NCBI GenBank assembly: GCA_049663345.1
Contig: JBATDG010000075.1
Coordinates: 11,793 to 75,792 of the forward strand
Direction: 5' to 3'
Length of the DNA stretch: 64,000 bases
Origin: Bacteroidota bacterium
GTDB taxonomy: Bacteria > Bacteroidota > Ignavibacteria > SZUA-365
The position numbers and the translations under genes are program-made. Numbering within the stretch: position 1 is the stretch's first letter; the number at the start of each line of letters is the position of its first letter. Below are positions 8,942 through 18,764 of the stretch, piece by piece. Under the pieces are notes generated by a model that was not told the DNA's origin, searched no databases, and was given only the letters and a program-made list of their open reading frames with translations.

Positions 8942-10051
8942 ATGTTCTACGAACTGTTCGAATACATCAATTCTGTATTCAGCCCTCCGGGCTTCGATGT
9001 TTTCCGCTTCATCACGTTCCGTGCCGCGGCGGCTGCGATTACTGCTCTGCTGATCAGCTGGTTTATCGGTCCCCGCATCATCGCGTTTCTCCGCAAACGG
9101 CAGATCGGCGAATCAGCCAAGCTGGAAGCCCCCGAAACGCATCTGGTCAAGGCCGGTACGCCGACAATGGGCGGACTCATCGTGCTGACTTCGATCATTG
9201 TGCCTGTACTGCTTTGGGGACAGCTGACGAACACCTATGTCTGGCTGATTCTCCTTGCCACCGCAATGCTCGGCGGAGTGGGGTTTGTCGATGATTATCT
9301 GAAAGTCGTAAGAAAATTTCCGAAAGGACTGATAGGAGAATACAAGATTGTCGGTCAGATAGTCGTCGGCCTCATCGTCGGCGGCGTGCTGTATTTCTCT
9401 CCGCAGTTTGATGCATATAAATCCGTCACCACTGTTCCATTTTTCAAGAACCTCGTTCTCGATTTCTCATTCTTCTACATTCCGATGATCATCTTCGTCA
9501 TTGTGGCGACATCGAACGCCGTCAATCTCACGGACGGGCTCGACGGCCTGGCCATCGGAACAATCTCCATTGCCTTCATCGCGATCGCCTTCATCAGCTA
9601 TGCCAGCGGCCGCGTTGATTTCTCGAACTACCTCAACATCATCTATCTCCCGGGCAGCGGAGAATTGACGGTATTCAGCGCGGCGGTGCTTGGGGCGGGC
9701 TTGGGCTTCCTCTGGTACAACGCGTATCCCGCCCAGATATTCATGGGCGACACCGGCTCGCTCGCGCTTGGCGGCGCGCTTGGCGTCCTCATGGTGATGA
9801 TCAAAAAAGAACTTCTTCTGCCGATTCTCGGCGGCATCTTTTTCGCGGAAACGGTTTCCGTCCTCATTCAGAAAGCATACTTCAAATACACCAAAAGAAA
9901 ATACGGGCAGGGCAAACGCGTCTTTCGCATGGCGCCCATCCACCACCATTTCGAGCTTCTCGGATGGCCCGAGCCGAAGATCGTTACGCGATTCTACATC
10001 ATAGCGATCATTCTCGCAATCATTAGTCTGGCAACTTTCAAGGTACGATAA
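8942..10051 (+). CDS. mraY: phospho-N-acetylmuramoyl-pentapeptide transferase
   Basis: Polytopic membrane protein with MraY motifs (NAVNLTDGLDGLA, PIHHHFE). Confidence 0.9.
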   Translation: MFYELFEYINSVFSPPGFDVFRFITFRAAAAAITALLISWFIGPRIIAFLRKRQIGESAKLEAPETHLVKAGTPTMGGLIVLTSIIVPVLLWGQLTNTYVWLILLATAMLGGVGFVDDYLKVVRKFPKGLIGEYKIVGQIVVGLIVGGVLYFSPQFDAYKSVTTVPFFKNLVLDFSFFYIPMIIFVIVATSNAVNLTDGLDGLAIGTISIAFIAIAFISYASGRVDFSNYLNIIYLPGSGELTVFSAAVLGAGLGFLWYNAYPAQIFMGDTGSLALGGALGVLMVMIKKELLLPILGGIFFAETVSVLIQKAYFKYTKRKYGQGKRVFRMAPIHHHFELLGWPEPKIVTRFYIIAIILAIISLATFKVR

Positions 10052-10053
10052 GC

Positions 10054-11436
10054 ATGCAGCGCGTTTTTGACATCGCAAGTTTGAATGTCACCGTCATCGG
10101 TGCCGCACGCAGCGGCCTCGCGGCGGCGCGCTTGCTCCATAACAAGGGAGTAAGTGTATTTCTGACAGAACTCTCTCCGGCAGCGAAGTATGAGCAGACC
10201 GCAGGTTCGCTGCGGGAAGAAAAGATTCCTCACGAATTCGGCCAGCACAGCGCCCGCGTGTTTGCCGCCGATCTTATGGTCGTCAGTCCTGGCGTGCCTT
10301 CTGATGCACCGATCATCGTCGAGGCCGAGCGCCGCGGCATCACCGTGATCAGCGAAATCGAGGTCGGGGCAATGTTCCTTGACGGACCGATCATAGCGGT
10401 GACCGGCACCAACGGCAAAACCACAACCACAACCCTCACCGGGGAGATCTGCAAGGCCGCCGGACGCAGTACGCTTGTCGCCGGAAATATCGGCAAAGCG
10501 TTTACCGACGCACTGTACGAGCACGAAGGCGACATCGACATCGCAGTGCTTGAAATCAGCAGCTTCCAGCTCGACACCTGTGTCACTTTTCATCCCACCA
10601 CAGCGGTGATAACCACGATTACCCCGGATCACCTGAATCGCTATCACGGGAATTTTCAGGAATACGTCGCTTCGAAACAGCGCGTCTTCATGAATCAGAA
10701 TGCTCTGGACCATCTCATTTACATCTGCGACGATCCTGTCGTCTCCGGCGCAATCAAGACCGCAAGTGCCGAGTTGTTCCCCGTCAGCTCCATCCAGCGG
10801 CTGAACAAAGGCGGCTGGCGCGAAAACGGTTCACTGGTGATGGATGCAGGCTTCGGAAAGGAATTGCTGGCGCGTGTTGACGATCTGCAGGTGTACGGAC
10901 GCCACAACTACATGAACGTGCTGATGGCCGGGCTCGCTGCGCGGCTTGAGGGTGTGGGTATCGATGTGATCCGCAGTGCAGTCATGCAATTCAAGGGCGT
11001 TGAACACCGCCTCGAATTTGTGTGTGAAATGGACGGCGTGCGCTGGATCAATGACTCCAAAGCCACGAACGTAGACAGTGTGGTCATTGCATTGCAGAGT
11101 TATCGCCAGCCGGTGGTGCTTATCGCAGGTGGACGCGGAAAGGGTGCTTCCTACGATCCGTTGATCGAACTGATACGCGAGAAAGTGCGCGCAATTGTGC
11201 TCATCGGTGAAGCCGCCGAGGAAATGGAGCAGATCTTTGCACCGTTGACAAAAGTATCGCGCGCCCGCGATATGCTCGAAGCAGTGAACATCGCCCGCAT
11301 GGCGGCGCAGCCCGGCGATGTGGGAATGCTTTCCCCCGCCTGCGCGAGTTTCGATATGTACGACAACTTCGAGCACAGGGGAGAAGTGTTCAAGGAATGC
11401 GTGCACACATTCTGCAGGGAGCCGATGGTGGCATGA
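10054..11436 (+). CDS. murD: UDP-N-acetylmuramoylalanine--D-glutamate ligase
   Basis: VTGTNGKTTTTTL P-loop and N-terminal Rossmann fold (VIGAARSGLAAARLL). Confidence 0.9.
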   Translation: MQRVFDIASLNVTVIGAARSGLAAARLLHNKGVSVFLTELSPAAKYEQTAGSLREEKIPHEFGQHSARVFAADLMVVSPGVPSDAPIIVEAERRGITVISEIEVGAMFLDGPIIAVTGTNGKTTTTTLTGEICKAAGRSTLVAGNIGKAFTDALYEHEGDIDIAVLEISSFQLDTCVTFHPTTAVITTITPDHLNRYHGNFQEYVASKQRVFMNQNALDHLIYICDDPVVSGAIKTASAELFPVSSIQRLNKGGWRENGSLVMDAGFGKELLARVDDLQVYGRHNYMNVLMAGLAARLEGVGIDVIRSAVMQFKGVEHRLEFVCEMDGVRWINDSKATNVDSVVIALQSYRQPVVLIAGGRGKGASYDPLIELIREKVRAIVLIGEAAEEMEQIFAPLTKVSRARDMLEAVNIARMAAQPGDVGMLSPACASFDMYDNFEHRGEVFKECVHTFCREPMVA

Positions 11437-12599
11437 AGCAGCGCACCGGACATATCGACCTGTATGTGTTCCTGAGCGTGCTCGCGCTGATGCTGTTCAG
11501 CGTGGGCGTCGTGTACAGTGCCTCAGTGTCCATTTCCGGTATGCGCCATGATGGCGACATCAACTTCCTGTTCCGCAATCATTCGATCCGCGTCGTCCTC
11601 GGCGTTGGCGCTCTCTTTGTCGGCATGTTCGTCGATTATCACATCTACCGGCACTTCAGCAAATATCTTCTGATCATCGGCCTGCTCCTGCTTGCATACA
11701 CCCTCGTCGGCGGTACGGTAGTAAAGGGTGCGCAGCGCTGGGTGAGCTTCGGCCCCATCAGCTTCCAACCGTCTGAATTTGCGAAGTTCGCGCTCGTGAT
11801 GCATCTCGCAGTGCTGCTGGCGGCGAAACAGAAATATATAACGGATTTCAAGGACGGGTTCCTTCCGCTCCTGGTATGGATTATCGCAGTAGTCGGACTG
11901 GTATTCCTTCAGCCGAATTTCAGCACAGGCAGCATCATTCTGGCTATCAGCTTCATGGTGCTGTTCGTCGGAAGGATCAGCATCAAGCACCTGGTCGGCG
12001 TCGCACTGGCTGGTCTTCCCATCATCATGGTGTATGCCGTCTCCGCAACCTATCGGTGGAACCGCATCATGGCGCATTTCACTGATGCAGGAGCCGCCAA
12101 CGCCGGCAACTATCAGGTCGAACAGGCCGTCATCGGACTTGGTAATGGGGGTTTGTTCGGTGTCGGAATGGGAATGAGCAAGCAGCGAGAACTCTTCCTC
12201 CCGGAATCATACACCGATTTCATTTTCGCCATCGTTGGCGAAGAATACGGATTCATCGGCGGCGCGATCATTATCGCACTGTTCGCCGTCATCATGGTGC
12301 GTGGAATGAAAATCGCGAAGCGTGCGACCGACGATCTCGGCCGCTACCTCGCTGTCGGAATCACCTGTACTATTTCTGTGTACGCGATCATCAACGCCAT
12401 GGTCACCACCGGCCTGCTGCCCACGACGGGTTTGCCTATGCCGCTGCTCAGCTATGGCGGCACTACGATTATTTTCACGGCCTATGCCCTCGGGATCCTG
12501 ATCAACATTTCGATGTACACGCGCATTCGTCCGCGAGAAATCAACCATCAGCACCAGGAAGAACCTGCCGGTATGCGGGTTGGAGAAATGTACGAGTGA
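11433..12599 (+). CDS. ftsW: peptidoglycan glycosyltransferase FtsW (SEDS family)
   Basis: ATGA overlap with the murD stop. Ten-TM SEDS-type protein (FQPSEFAKFALV, TDFIFAIVGEE). The ORF-track start 11397 was moved to ATG 11433. Confidence 0.85.
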   Translation: MKQRTGHIDLYVFLSVLALMLFSVGVVYSASVSISGMRHDGDINFLFRNHSIRVVLGVGALFVGMFVDYHIYRHFSKYLLIIGLLLLAYTLVGGTVVKGAQRWVSFGPISFQPSEFAKFALVMHLAVLLAAKQKYITDFKDGFLPLLVWIIAVVGLVFLQPNFSTGSIILAISFMVLFVGRISIKHLVGVALAGLPIIMVYAVSATYRWNRIMAHFTDAGAANAGNYQVEQAVIGLGNGGLFGVGMGMSKQRELFLPESYTDFIFAIVGEEYGFIGGAIIIALFAVIMVRGMKIAKRATDDLGRYLAVGITCTISVYAIINAMVTTGLLPTTGLPMPLLSYGGTTIIFTAYALGILINISMYTRIRPREINHQHQEEPAGMRVGEMYE

Positions 12600-13705
12600 G
12601 CGAAGCACTGCGCGTCATATTCGCCGGAGGCGGCACCGGGGGACATCTCTTCCCGGGCATCGCCATTGCGGAAGCTCTTCGCGAGCTGCGGCCGGATTGC
12701 AGCGTCAGCTTCGTGGGTTCGCGCAATCGCATCGAGGCGCGCATCGTGCCGAAGTACGGCTATCCTTTCGACTCAGTGTGGATCGCCGGACTGCAGCGCA
12801 GATTCTCGCTGCGCACCGCGCTGCTGCCGCTCAAGCTCGTGGTTTCGCTGTTCCAGTCATGGAATATCCTCCGTCGGCGGCGGCCGCATGTCGTGATCGG
12901 AACAGGCGGATACGTGTCAGGACCGCTTCTGTACGTGGCAGCGCGTACCGGTCGGCGCACACTCATTCACGAGCAGAATGAATATCCCGGCATCACCACG
13001 CGTAAGCTCGCGCCGTTGGTCGACGAAGTGCATGTGACCTTCGAATCGAGCGAAAGAATGCTCGGCGATACAAAAAAGCTTGTGTTGAGCGGTAATCCGG
13101 TTCGGCTGAGTCTTTCGCGCAGCGATGCCGGCGACGCCCGCATGCATTTCGGACTGCATCCTTCCCGTCCCACGCTGTTCATTTTCGGCGGAAGTCTCGG
13201 AGCGCGCTCCATCAATCGTGCTGTGCGTCCCCTCGTGCCGCGGCTCGTGCGGGAAGATTATCAGCTGATCTGGCAGACAGGCACTGCGGACTATGAAGAA
13301 CTGAAATCCCTCGGCGCGCTGTACCGCGAGCACGTGATCGTTCGGCCGTTCATTGACGAAATGGACCACGCATACTCAGCATCGGATCTGGTGCTTTGCC
13401 GAGCAGGAGCCACATCCATCGCAGAACTTACAGCGCTTGGAATTCCCTCGCTGCTGGTGCCGTTCCCGAAAGCGGCAGCGGACCATCAGTACAAGAACGC
13501 AGTCGCATTGGCGGAACAGGGTGCCTCGCTGGTGCTGCGCGACGAAGAACTTGGACGTCTGGAGCGTGAATTGTTCGCGCTTCTCGAAGACGGAGCCGCA
13601 TTGGCGCGCATGTCTGCCGCCGCGAAGAGTGCCGGTCATCCGCGTGCCGCATTCGATATCGCCGAAGCGGTTATACGGCTAGCAGAAAAAGGAGCAGGAG
13701 GCTGA
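12596..13705 (+). CDS. murG: UDP-N-acetylglucosamine--N-acetylmuramyl-(pentapeptide) pyrophosphoryl-undecaprenol GlcNAc transferase
   Basis: GTG start overlaps the ftsW stop. GGTGGHLFPGIAIAEAL glycine-rich loop of MurG. Confidence 0.9.
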   Translation: MSEALRVIFAGGGTGGHLFPGIAIAEALRELRPDCSVSFVGSRNRIEARIVPKYGYPFDSVWIAGLQRRFSLRTALLPLKLVVSLFQSWNILRRRRPHVVIGTGGYVSGPLLYVAARTGRRTLIHEQNEYPGITTRKLAPLVDEVHVTFESSERMLGDTKKLVLSGNPVRLSLSRSDAGDARMHFGLHPSRPTLFIFGGSLGARSINRAVRPLVPRLVREDYQLIWQTGTADYEELKSLGALYREHVIVRPFIDEMDHAYSASDLVLCRAGATSIAELTALGIPSLLVPFPKAAADHQYKNAVALAEQGASLVLRDEELGRLERELFALLEDGAALARMSAAAKSAGHPRAAFDIAEAVIRLAEKGAGG

Positions 13706-13706
13706 A

Positions 13707-14186
13707 ATGATCAAGCAGGAATACAGTTTCAAGCATCGCAACGATCTCTACTATGTCACGCTGCTCGTATACGTGGCGTTTGCGGTGCTCTACATCGTCG
13801 TCACCGGAACGATCACCGACGACAGCGTGGAATTCGGATTGAAGGACCCGGTAGTCTACATCATCGCTGCATTCATCTTGCATGCGCTGATCATGCTGCT
13901 GACGAGCGTTGTCCGCAACCGGCGGCTGGTCATCACCGAGGATTCGCTGGTGTTCGCTTCACGCTTCCGCGAGCGCTTCGTTCCCTTCAGCAGCATCGAA
14001 CGCATCACGCTGAAGCACGAACGCCGCCGGCTGAGCAACAGCAAGCTGAGCGATCGAAAATTCGCAGTGATCAAACTGCATGTCGCAGGCCGGCGCCGCG
14101 TCGTTCGCCTTCGCGTCGCCGCCTATGAGCGCGAGAAAGAACTCTATCAGATTCTCAAGAAGCTGAAGCATGATTTGAAGCTGTGA
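13707..14186 (+). CDS. small membrane protein with bacterial PH domain (YdbS/bPH_2-like), embedded in the dcw operon
   Basis: Two predicted TM helices (LYYVTLLVYVAFAVLYIVV, VVYIIAAFILHALIMLLTSVV) followed by an ~80-aa basic domain resembling the bPH_2 fold. ATG lies 1 nt after the murG stop. Confidence 0.5.
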   Translation: MIKQEYSFKHRNDLYYVTLLVYVAFAVLYIVVTGTITDDSVEFGLKDPVVYIIAAFILHALIMLLTSVVRNRRLVITEDSLVFASRFRERFVPFSSIERITLKHERRRLSNSKLSDRKFAVIKLHVAGRRRVVRLRVAAYEREKELYQILKKLKHDLKL

Positions 14187-14264
14187 AGACGTGAGGACGT
14201 GAGGACGTGAAGACGTGAGGACGTGAGTACGTGAGTACGATAGGACGTGAGTACGATAGGACGG
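14183..14264. repeat. 9-bp-unit tandem repeat array (GACGTGAGG / TACGATAGG units) ending ...TAGGACGG
   Basis: gtgaagacgtgaggacgtgaggacgtgaagacgtgaggacgtgagtacgtgagtacgataggacgtgagtacgataggacgg starts at the stop codon of the preceding gene. The same family recurs at 38061-38204. Confidence 0.85.
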
Positions 14265-14287
14265 AAAGAAAGCCAAGGAATGCAACA

Positions 14288-15670
14288 ATGAAATTCGCGA
14301 ACATCAATCACCTTTTCTTCGTCGGTATCGGCGGCATCGGAATGAGCGGCATTGCTGAAATCCTGCTCAATCAGGGCTTCCGTGTTTCGGGTTCCGATCT
14401 GACGATGACGGAAGTGACGCGGCATCTTGTGGACATGGGCGCCACGGTCTACGAGGGACATGACCCGAGTAATCTGCGTGATGTGGATGTACTGGTGTAT
14501 TCCTCGGCGGTCGCGCTGGAAAACCCGGAAGTGATTGCGGCGATCGAGCGAAAAATTCCCGTGATCCGCCGTGCCGAAATGCTCGCGGAAGTAATGCGTC
14601 TGCATCACGGCATCGCAGTCGCAGGCACACACGGAAAGACTACGACCACGTCGATGCTCGGCATGGTCCTGATCGAGGGCGGCAAGGATCCTACAGTAAT
14701 CGTGGGAGGCAAGCTTCACGCTTTCGGAGGAACAAACGCGCGCCTCGGCGGCGGCGAATTCATGGTCGTCGAAGCGGATGAATTCGACCGTTCCTTTCTC
14801 AAGCTCAATCCTTCCATTGCCATTCTCACAACGCTTGAGGAAGAACACCTCGACATCTACAGCAGTCTCGACGATCTGAAAAATGCTTTCGTCGAATTTG
14901 CGAACAAGGTGCCGTTTTATGGATTCGTGACGCTGTGTCTCGACGAGCCCGCGCTGCAGGAAATTCTTCCGTTGATCATGCGCAAGGTCGTGACCTACGG
15001 CTTCAGTTCCCAGGCCGATATTCAGGCAGTGGATCTGGTGCAGAAGGAGAATCGCGCAAGCTTCACCGTGCTGCGGCAGGGTGTGGAAGTCGGCGTGATC
15101 CATCTGGGCGTGCCCGGTGAGCACAACGTGCAGAATGCCCTGGCAGCCATCGCAGTCAGTCTCGAACTCAACATTCCGTTCGAACACATCAAGACCGCAC
15201 TCGATTCCTTCGCAGGTGCGTTCCGCCGCTTCGAAGTCAAGGCGGAAGTCGGCGATATCATGGTGGTCGATGATTACGCACATCACCCGACGGAAGTCAA
15301 AGTCACGCTTCGCGGAATCAAGTCCGGCTGGCGCCGCCGCGTGGTCTGCGTCTTTCAGCCGCATACCTACACGCGCACGCGTGATTTCTACAAGGATTTC
15401 GGTCGGTCGTTCATGAACGCCGATCTCCTGATCGTCACCGACATTTATCCTGCGCGCGAGCGTCCGATACAGGGCGTTACCGGTGAACTCATCGCCGACG
15501 CCGCGCGGAGTTTCGGACACAAAAATGTGATGTATGTCCCTGATAAAAAAGACGTGCCCGCACTGCTGAGCGACGTCGTGCTTCCGGGAGATCTCGTGAT
15601 CACCATGGGCGCCGGCGACATCTACACCTACGGCGCACAATTCATTGCTCAGCTGGAGGCCGCTTCCTGA
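14288..15670 (+). CDS. murC: UDP-N-acetylmuramate--L-alanine ligase
   Basis: HLFFVGIGGIGMSGIAEIL and AGTHGKTTTTSM motifs. The ORF-track start 14231 translates the upstream repeat array, so the start was moved to ATG 14288 (ggaa...ATG). Confidence 0.88.
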   Translation: MKFANINHLFFVGIGGIGMSGIAEILLNQGFRVSGSDLTMTEVTRHLVDMGATVYEGHDPSNLRDVDVLVYSSAVALENPEVIAAIERKIPVIRRAEMLAEVMRLHHGIAVAGTHGKTTTTSMLGMVLIEGGKDPTVIVGGKLHAFGGTNARLGGGEFMVVEADEFDRSFLKLNPSIAILTTLEEEHLDIYSSLDDLKNAFVEFANKVPFYGFVTLCLDEPALQEILPLIMRKVVTYGFSSQADIQAVDLVQKENRASFTVLRQGVEVGVIHLGVPGEHNVQNALAAIAVSLELNIPFEHIKTALDSFAGAFRRFEVKAEVGDIMVVDDYAHHPTEVKVTLRGIKSGWRRRVVCVFQPHTYTRTRDFYKDFGRSFMNADLLIVTDIYPARERPIQGVTGELIADAARSFGHKNVMYVPDKKDVPALLSDVVLPGDLVITMGAGDIYTYGAQFIAQLEAAS

Positions 15671-15672
15671 CC

Positions 15673-16590
15673 ATGCTTTCTCTCGAGCACATACGGAGTA
15701 TCTGCAGCGGCGAGATTCACATCAGTGAACCCCTCGCCCCGCTGACATCCTTCCGCATCGGGGGTCCGGTCGACATTTATATCGAACCGGCATCCTCGGA
15801 AGAACTCGCAGCGCTCGTGCGCTACTTCCGCAGTGCGGATACGTCGTATGTTCTGCTCGGCAATGGCAGCAATGTTCTCATCAGCGACGACGGCATCCGC
15901 GGCGTGGCGATCAACATCGAAAAGCATTTCTCCGAATTATCGATTGCAGACAGCGTGGTAACCGCCGGAGCAGGTGCGCGGCTCAGCAAATTCGTCGACT
16001 TCTGCGTGCGGCATAATCTTGCGGGCAGTGAAATGCTCGCGGGAATTCCCGGAACGCTCGGCGGCGCCGTGATCATGAATGCCGGTGCTTATGGCGGAGA
16101 GATTTCCGACCACATGCTTGATGTCACTGTTCTCCGCAACGGCGAAATCAAGACGTTAAGCAAGGAGAAGGCTGGGTTCCGCTACCGCAACTCCGACCTG
16201 TGGGGCGATATCGTAATTTCTGCGCGCTTCGAATTTCCGGAAGGCGACGAAGAGCAGCTCAGGGCCCGGCGCAAGGAGCTCCTGCTCAAACGCAATGCCG
16301 CGCAGCCGGTCAACTATCCCAATGCCGGAAGCATTTTCAAAAATCCGGAAGGGAAGCACGCCGCCCGTCTCATCGAGGAATGCGGTCTGAAAGGCTACAG
16401 CGTCGGCGGCGCACAGGTCGCAGAGCTGCATGCCAACTTCATCATCAACACCGGCGGCGCCACTGCGGCCGACGTACTCTCCGTGATCGGACATGTGCGT
16501 CGCAGCGTGCAGCAGCAGACCGGCATCACTCTTGAACTTGAAATTCTGCTCCTCGGATTTTCCGGGGAAGCACTCGCTAATCTCAACTGA
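15673..16590 (+). CDS. murB: UDP-N-acetylenolpyruvoylglucosamine reductase
   Basis: FAD-binding PCMH-type domain (FRIGGPVDIYIEP...LGNGSNVL) and MurB C-terminal domain. Confidence 0.88.
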   Translation: MLSLEHIRSICSGEIHISEPLAPLTSFRIGGPVDIYIEPASSEELAALVRYFRSADTSYVLLGNGSNVLISDDGIRGVAINIEKHFSELSIADSVVTAGAGARLSKFVDFCVRHNLAGSEMLAGIPGTLGGAVIMNAGAYGGEISDHMLDVTVLRNGEIKTLSKEKAGFRYRNSDLWGDIVISARFEFPEGDEEQLRARRKELLLKRNAAQPVNYPNAGSIFKNPEGKHAARLIEECGLKGYSVGGAQVAELHANFIINTGGATAADVLSVIGHVRRSVQQQTGITLELEILLLGFSGEALANLN

Positions 16591-16608
16591 GCAGGACGCC
16601 CGCAACTC

Positions 16609-17475
16609 ATGAGACGCAAACGCACAGTCAAGCCCACCCGATTCCGCTCCGCCGCGGTCGCCATGTTTTTCGTGGTGAGCGCGATCGCAGCGATCGCAGT
16701 ACTCGCTGCCGAATGGCGCGAAAGTGCGGTGGGTGTGCTGCTTGATGTACGAGGAATTTCCATCGCGACGAAAGAAAACATCCGCAAGGCGGCGGGCATT
16801 TCCGATACCTCTAACCTGGCGTCTCTGGATCTTCTGGCGATCCGCGGTAAAATACTTGAGAATCCTTTTATAAAAGACGTCGAACTGACCCGCGATCCGC
16901 CGCAGACGCTGCGGGTGGATGTGACAGAGCGCAAGCCGATCGCCATGCTGCTCAACGTTCAGGCCCGCGACTGGCTGCTTGATGAAGACGGCTTCGTCCT
17001 TCCCGCCTCGCACAAACCCGCGGTGCATGACCTTCCTGTGATCACAGGCGTCAACGACGGCGTACATGAGCTGACTCCCGGTGCGAAGGAACTGAAGCCC
17101 GGCTTGCGCGTCGTCAACGTGCAGGTTCAGAAAGGACTTCAGGCGTTGAAAGCGATTCACAGCATCGATCCCGGACTGGCGCAGCTGTTCTCCGAGATCA
17201 ATCTCGACAACAAACGCGATCTCGTGCTTTACACAATGGAAGGCGGAGTGCCTGTCATCCTTGGCTCCCCTGCGCGGCTGCCCGAAAAGATGCGCGCCTT
17301 CCGCGCATTCTGGGAAAACGTTGCGATGAAATATGACCCTTCGTCGCTTGAGTACATCGACCTGCGCTGGAAAGAGCAGGTGGTGACACGCTGGCGGGCG
17401 TCGGGCAACGTGCCGAAGAGTGCAGAAGCGGACTCGCTTCTATCCGACACGACAAACGTGAGAATAATCGAATAA
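16609..17475 (+). CDS. ftsQ: cell division protein FtsQ (POTRA domain)
   Basis: N-terminal TM anchor plus POTRA domain, in the conserved position upstream of ftsA. Confidence 0.75.
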   Translation: MRRKRTVKPTRFRSAAVAMFFVVSAIAAIAVLAAEWRESAVGVLLDVRGISIATKENIRKAAGISDTSNLASLDLLAIRGKILENPFIKDVELTRDPPQTLRVDVTERKPIAMLLNVQARDWLLDEDGFVLPASHKPAVHDLPVITGVNDGVHELTPGAKELKPGLRVVNVQVQKGLQALKAIHSIDPGLAQLFSEINLDNKRDLVLYTMEGGVPVILGSPARLPEKMRAFRAFWENVAMKYDPSSLEYIDLRWKEQVVTRWRASGNVPKSAEADSLLSDTTNVRIIE

Positions 17476-17502
17476 CATTAATACAGTGTTGAAGTACCCA
17501 CT

Positions 17503-18759
17503 ATGAAGAGCAAATTTCAGAATACCGGAATGGCGGACAACATCGTGGTCGGTCTGGACATCGGAACGACGAAAGTCTGCGCGATGATCGCTGCGAAGGA
17601 CGCGGATGACCGCATCAATATTCTGGGCATCGGCAAGGCCGAAAACGAGGGCATGGCCCGCGGCACGGTGACGCATATTGAAAAGACCGTTCGTGCGGTG
17701 CAGAAGGCTGTCGACGACGCCGAAAGGCAATCCGGCATCAAGGTGCGCGCCGTCAATGTGGGCATCGCAGGCGATCATATACAGAGCTTCCAGAGCCGCG
17801 GTGTGATTGCGATAAGCAATCCCGAAAATGAAATTACGCGAAAGGATGTCGAGCGTTTGCTGCAGGACACCAAGCGCGTCGCCCTTCCATCCGACCGCCG
17901 CATCATTCATGTCATACCCCAGGAGTTCATCGTCGACGGCCAGGATGGCATCTACGACCCGGTCGGCATGGCGGGTGTGCGCATGGAAGCAAACGTGCAT
18001 ATCATCACCGGCGGCATCACTGCGGTGCAGAACATTTACAAATGCGTCGAGCGCGCGGGACTCGAGGTCAATGATCTCGTGCTCGAACCGCTGGCCTCGG
18101 CCAATGCCGTGATCGACGACGAAGAAAAGGAAGTGGGAATCGTGCTCGTCGACATCGGCGGCGGCACTACCGACATCGCGATTTTCGAAGAGCGCACCAT
18201 TCGGCATTCAGCCGTTCTCGCCATCGCTGGGAAGAAAGTGACAGAGGACATCCGCAAGGGACTCGGCATTCTCAACGAACAGGCCGAGAAACTCAAGCGA
18301 GATCATGGATATGCATATCTCGCAGAAATAGTGGACGACGCTTCGATACTGCTGCCGCGTCTAGGCAGCCGCGATGAAATGCAGATCAGCCGCAGTCTCC
18401 TTTGCCAGATTATCCAGCCGCGTATGGAAGAAATCCTCGAGATCGTTGCATTAGAGATCAAACGGTCCGGTTATTCAAAGCATCTGCATTCGGGCGTGAT
18501 ACTTACCGGCGGTGGTTCGCTGATCAAGGGCACGGCCGCACTCGCGCGCGAAGTGCTCGGCATGCCTGTGAAAATCGGCATTCCTTCGGGCTTCGCCGGC
18601 GGCTTCGTTGCCGAGGTAGAAAACCCGATGTACAGCACCTGCACCGGACTTGTGCTGCACGGCATGAAAAGCATGGGCTCCGCCAGCTTCGACACTGACG
18701 TGAGCGACGGCAAGCCGAACTTCGTCAAGAAGATCATTGACTGGTTCAACGAACTGTAG
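17503..18759 (+). CDS. ftsA: cell division protein FtsA
   Basis: Actin-like ATPase motifs (VVGLDIGTTKVCAMIA, DIGGGTTDIAIF, VILTGGGSL). Confidence 0.9.
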   Translation: MKSKFQNTGMADNIVVGLDIGTTKVCAMIAAKDADDRINILGIGKAENEGMARGTVTHIEKTVRAVQKAVDDAERQSGIKVRAVNVGIAGDHIQSFQSRGVIAISNPENEITRKDVERLLQDTKRVALPSDRRIIHVIPQEFIVDGQDGIYDPVGMAGVRMEANVHIITGGITAVQNIYKCVERAGLEVNDLVLEPLASANAVIDDEEKEVGIVLVDIGGGTTDIAIFEERTIRHSAVLAIAGKKVTEDIRKGLGILNEQAEKLKRDHGYAYLAEIVDDASILLPRLGSRDEMQISRSLLCQIIQPRMEEILEIVALEIKRSGYSKHLHSGVILTGGGSLIKGTAALAREVLGMPVKIGIPSGFAGGFVAEVENPMYSTCTGLVLHGMKSMGSASFDTDVSDGKPNFVKKIIDWFNEL

Positions 18760-18764
18760 GAGAA

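Noticed and set aside
14231-14287. N-terminal extensions in ORF-track calls that run through repeat arrays (murC from 14231, T9SS gene up to 63177, ftsW from 11397, FtsL-like gene from 3296)
   Set aside because: The extensions translate 9-bp repeat arrays or overlap the preceding gene in-frame. Conserved protein N-termini, signal peptides and RBS positions support the downstream starts used in the feature list.
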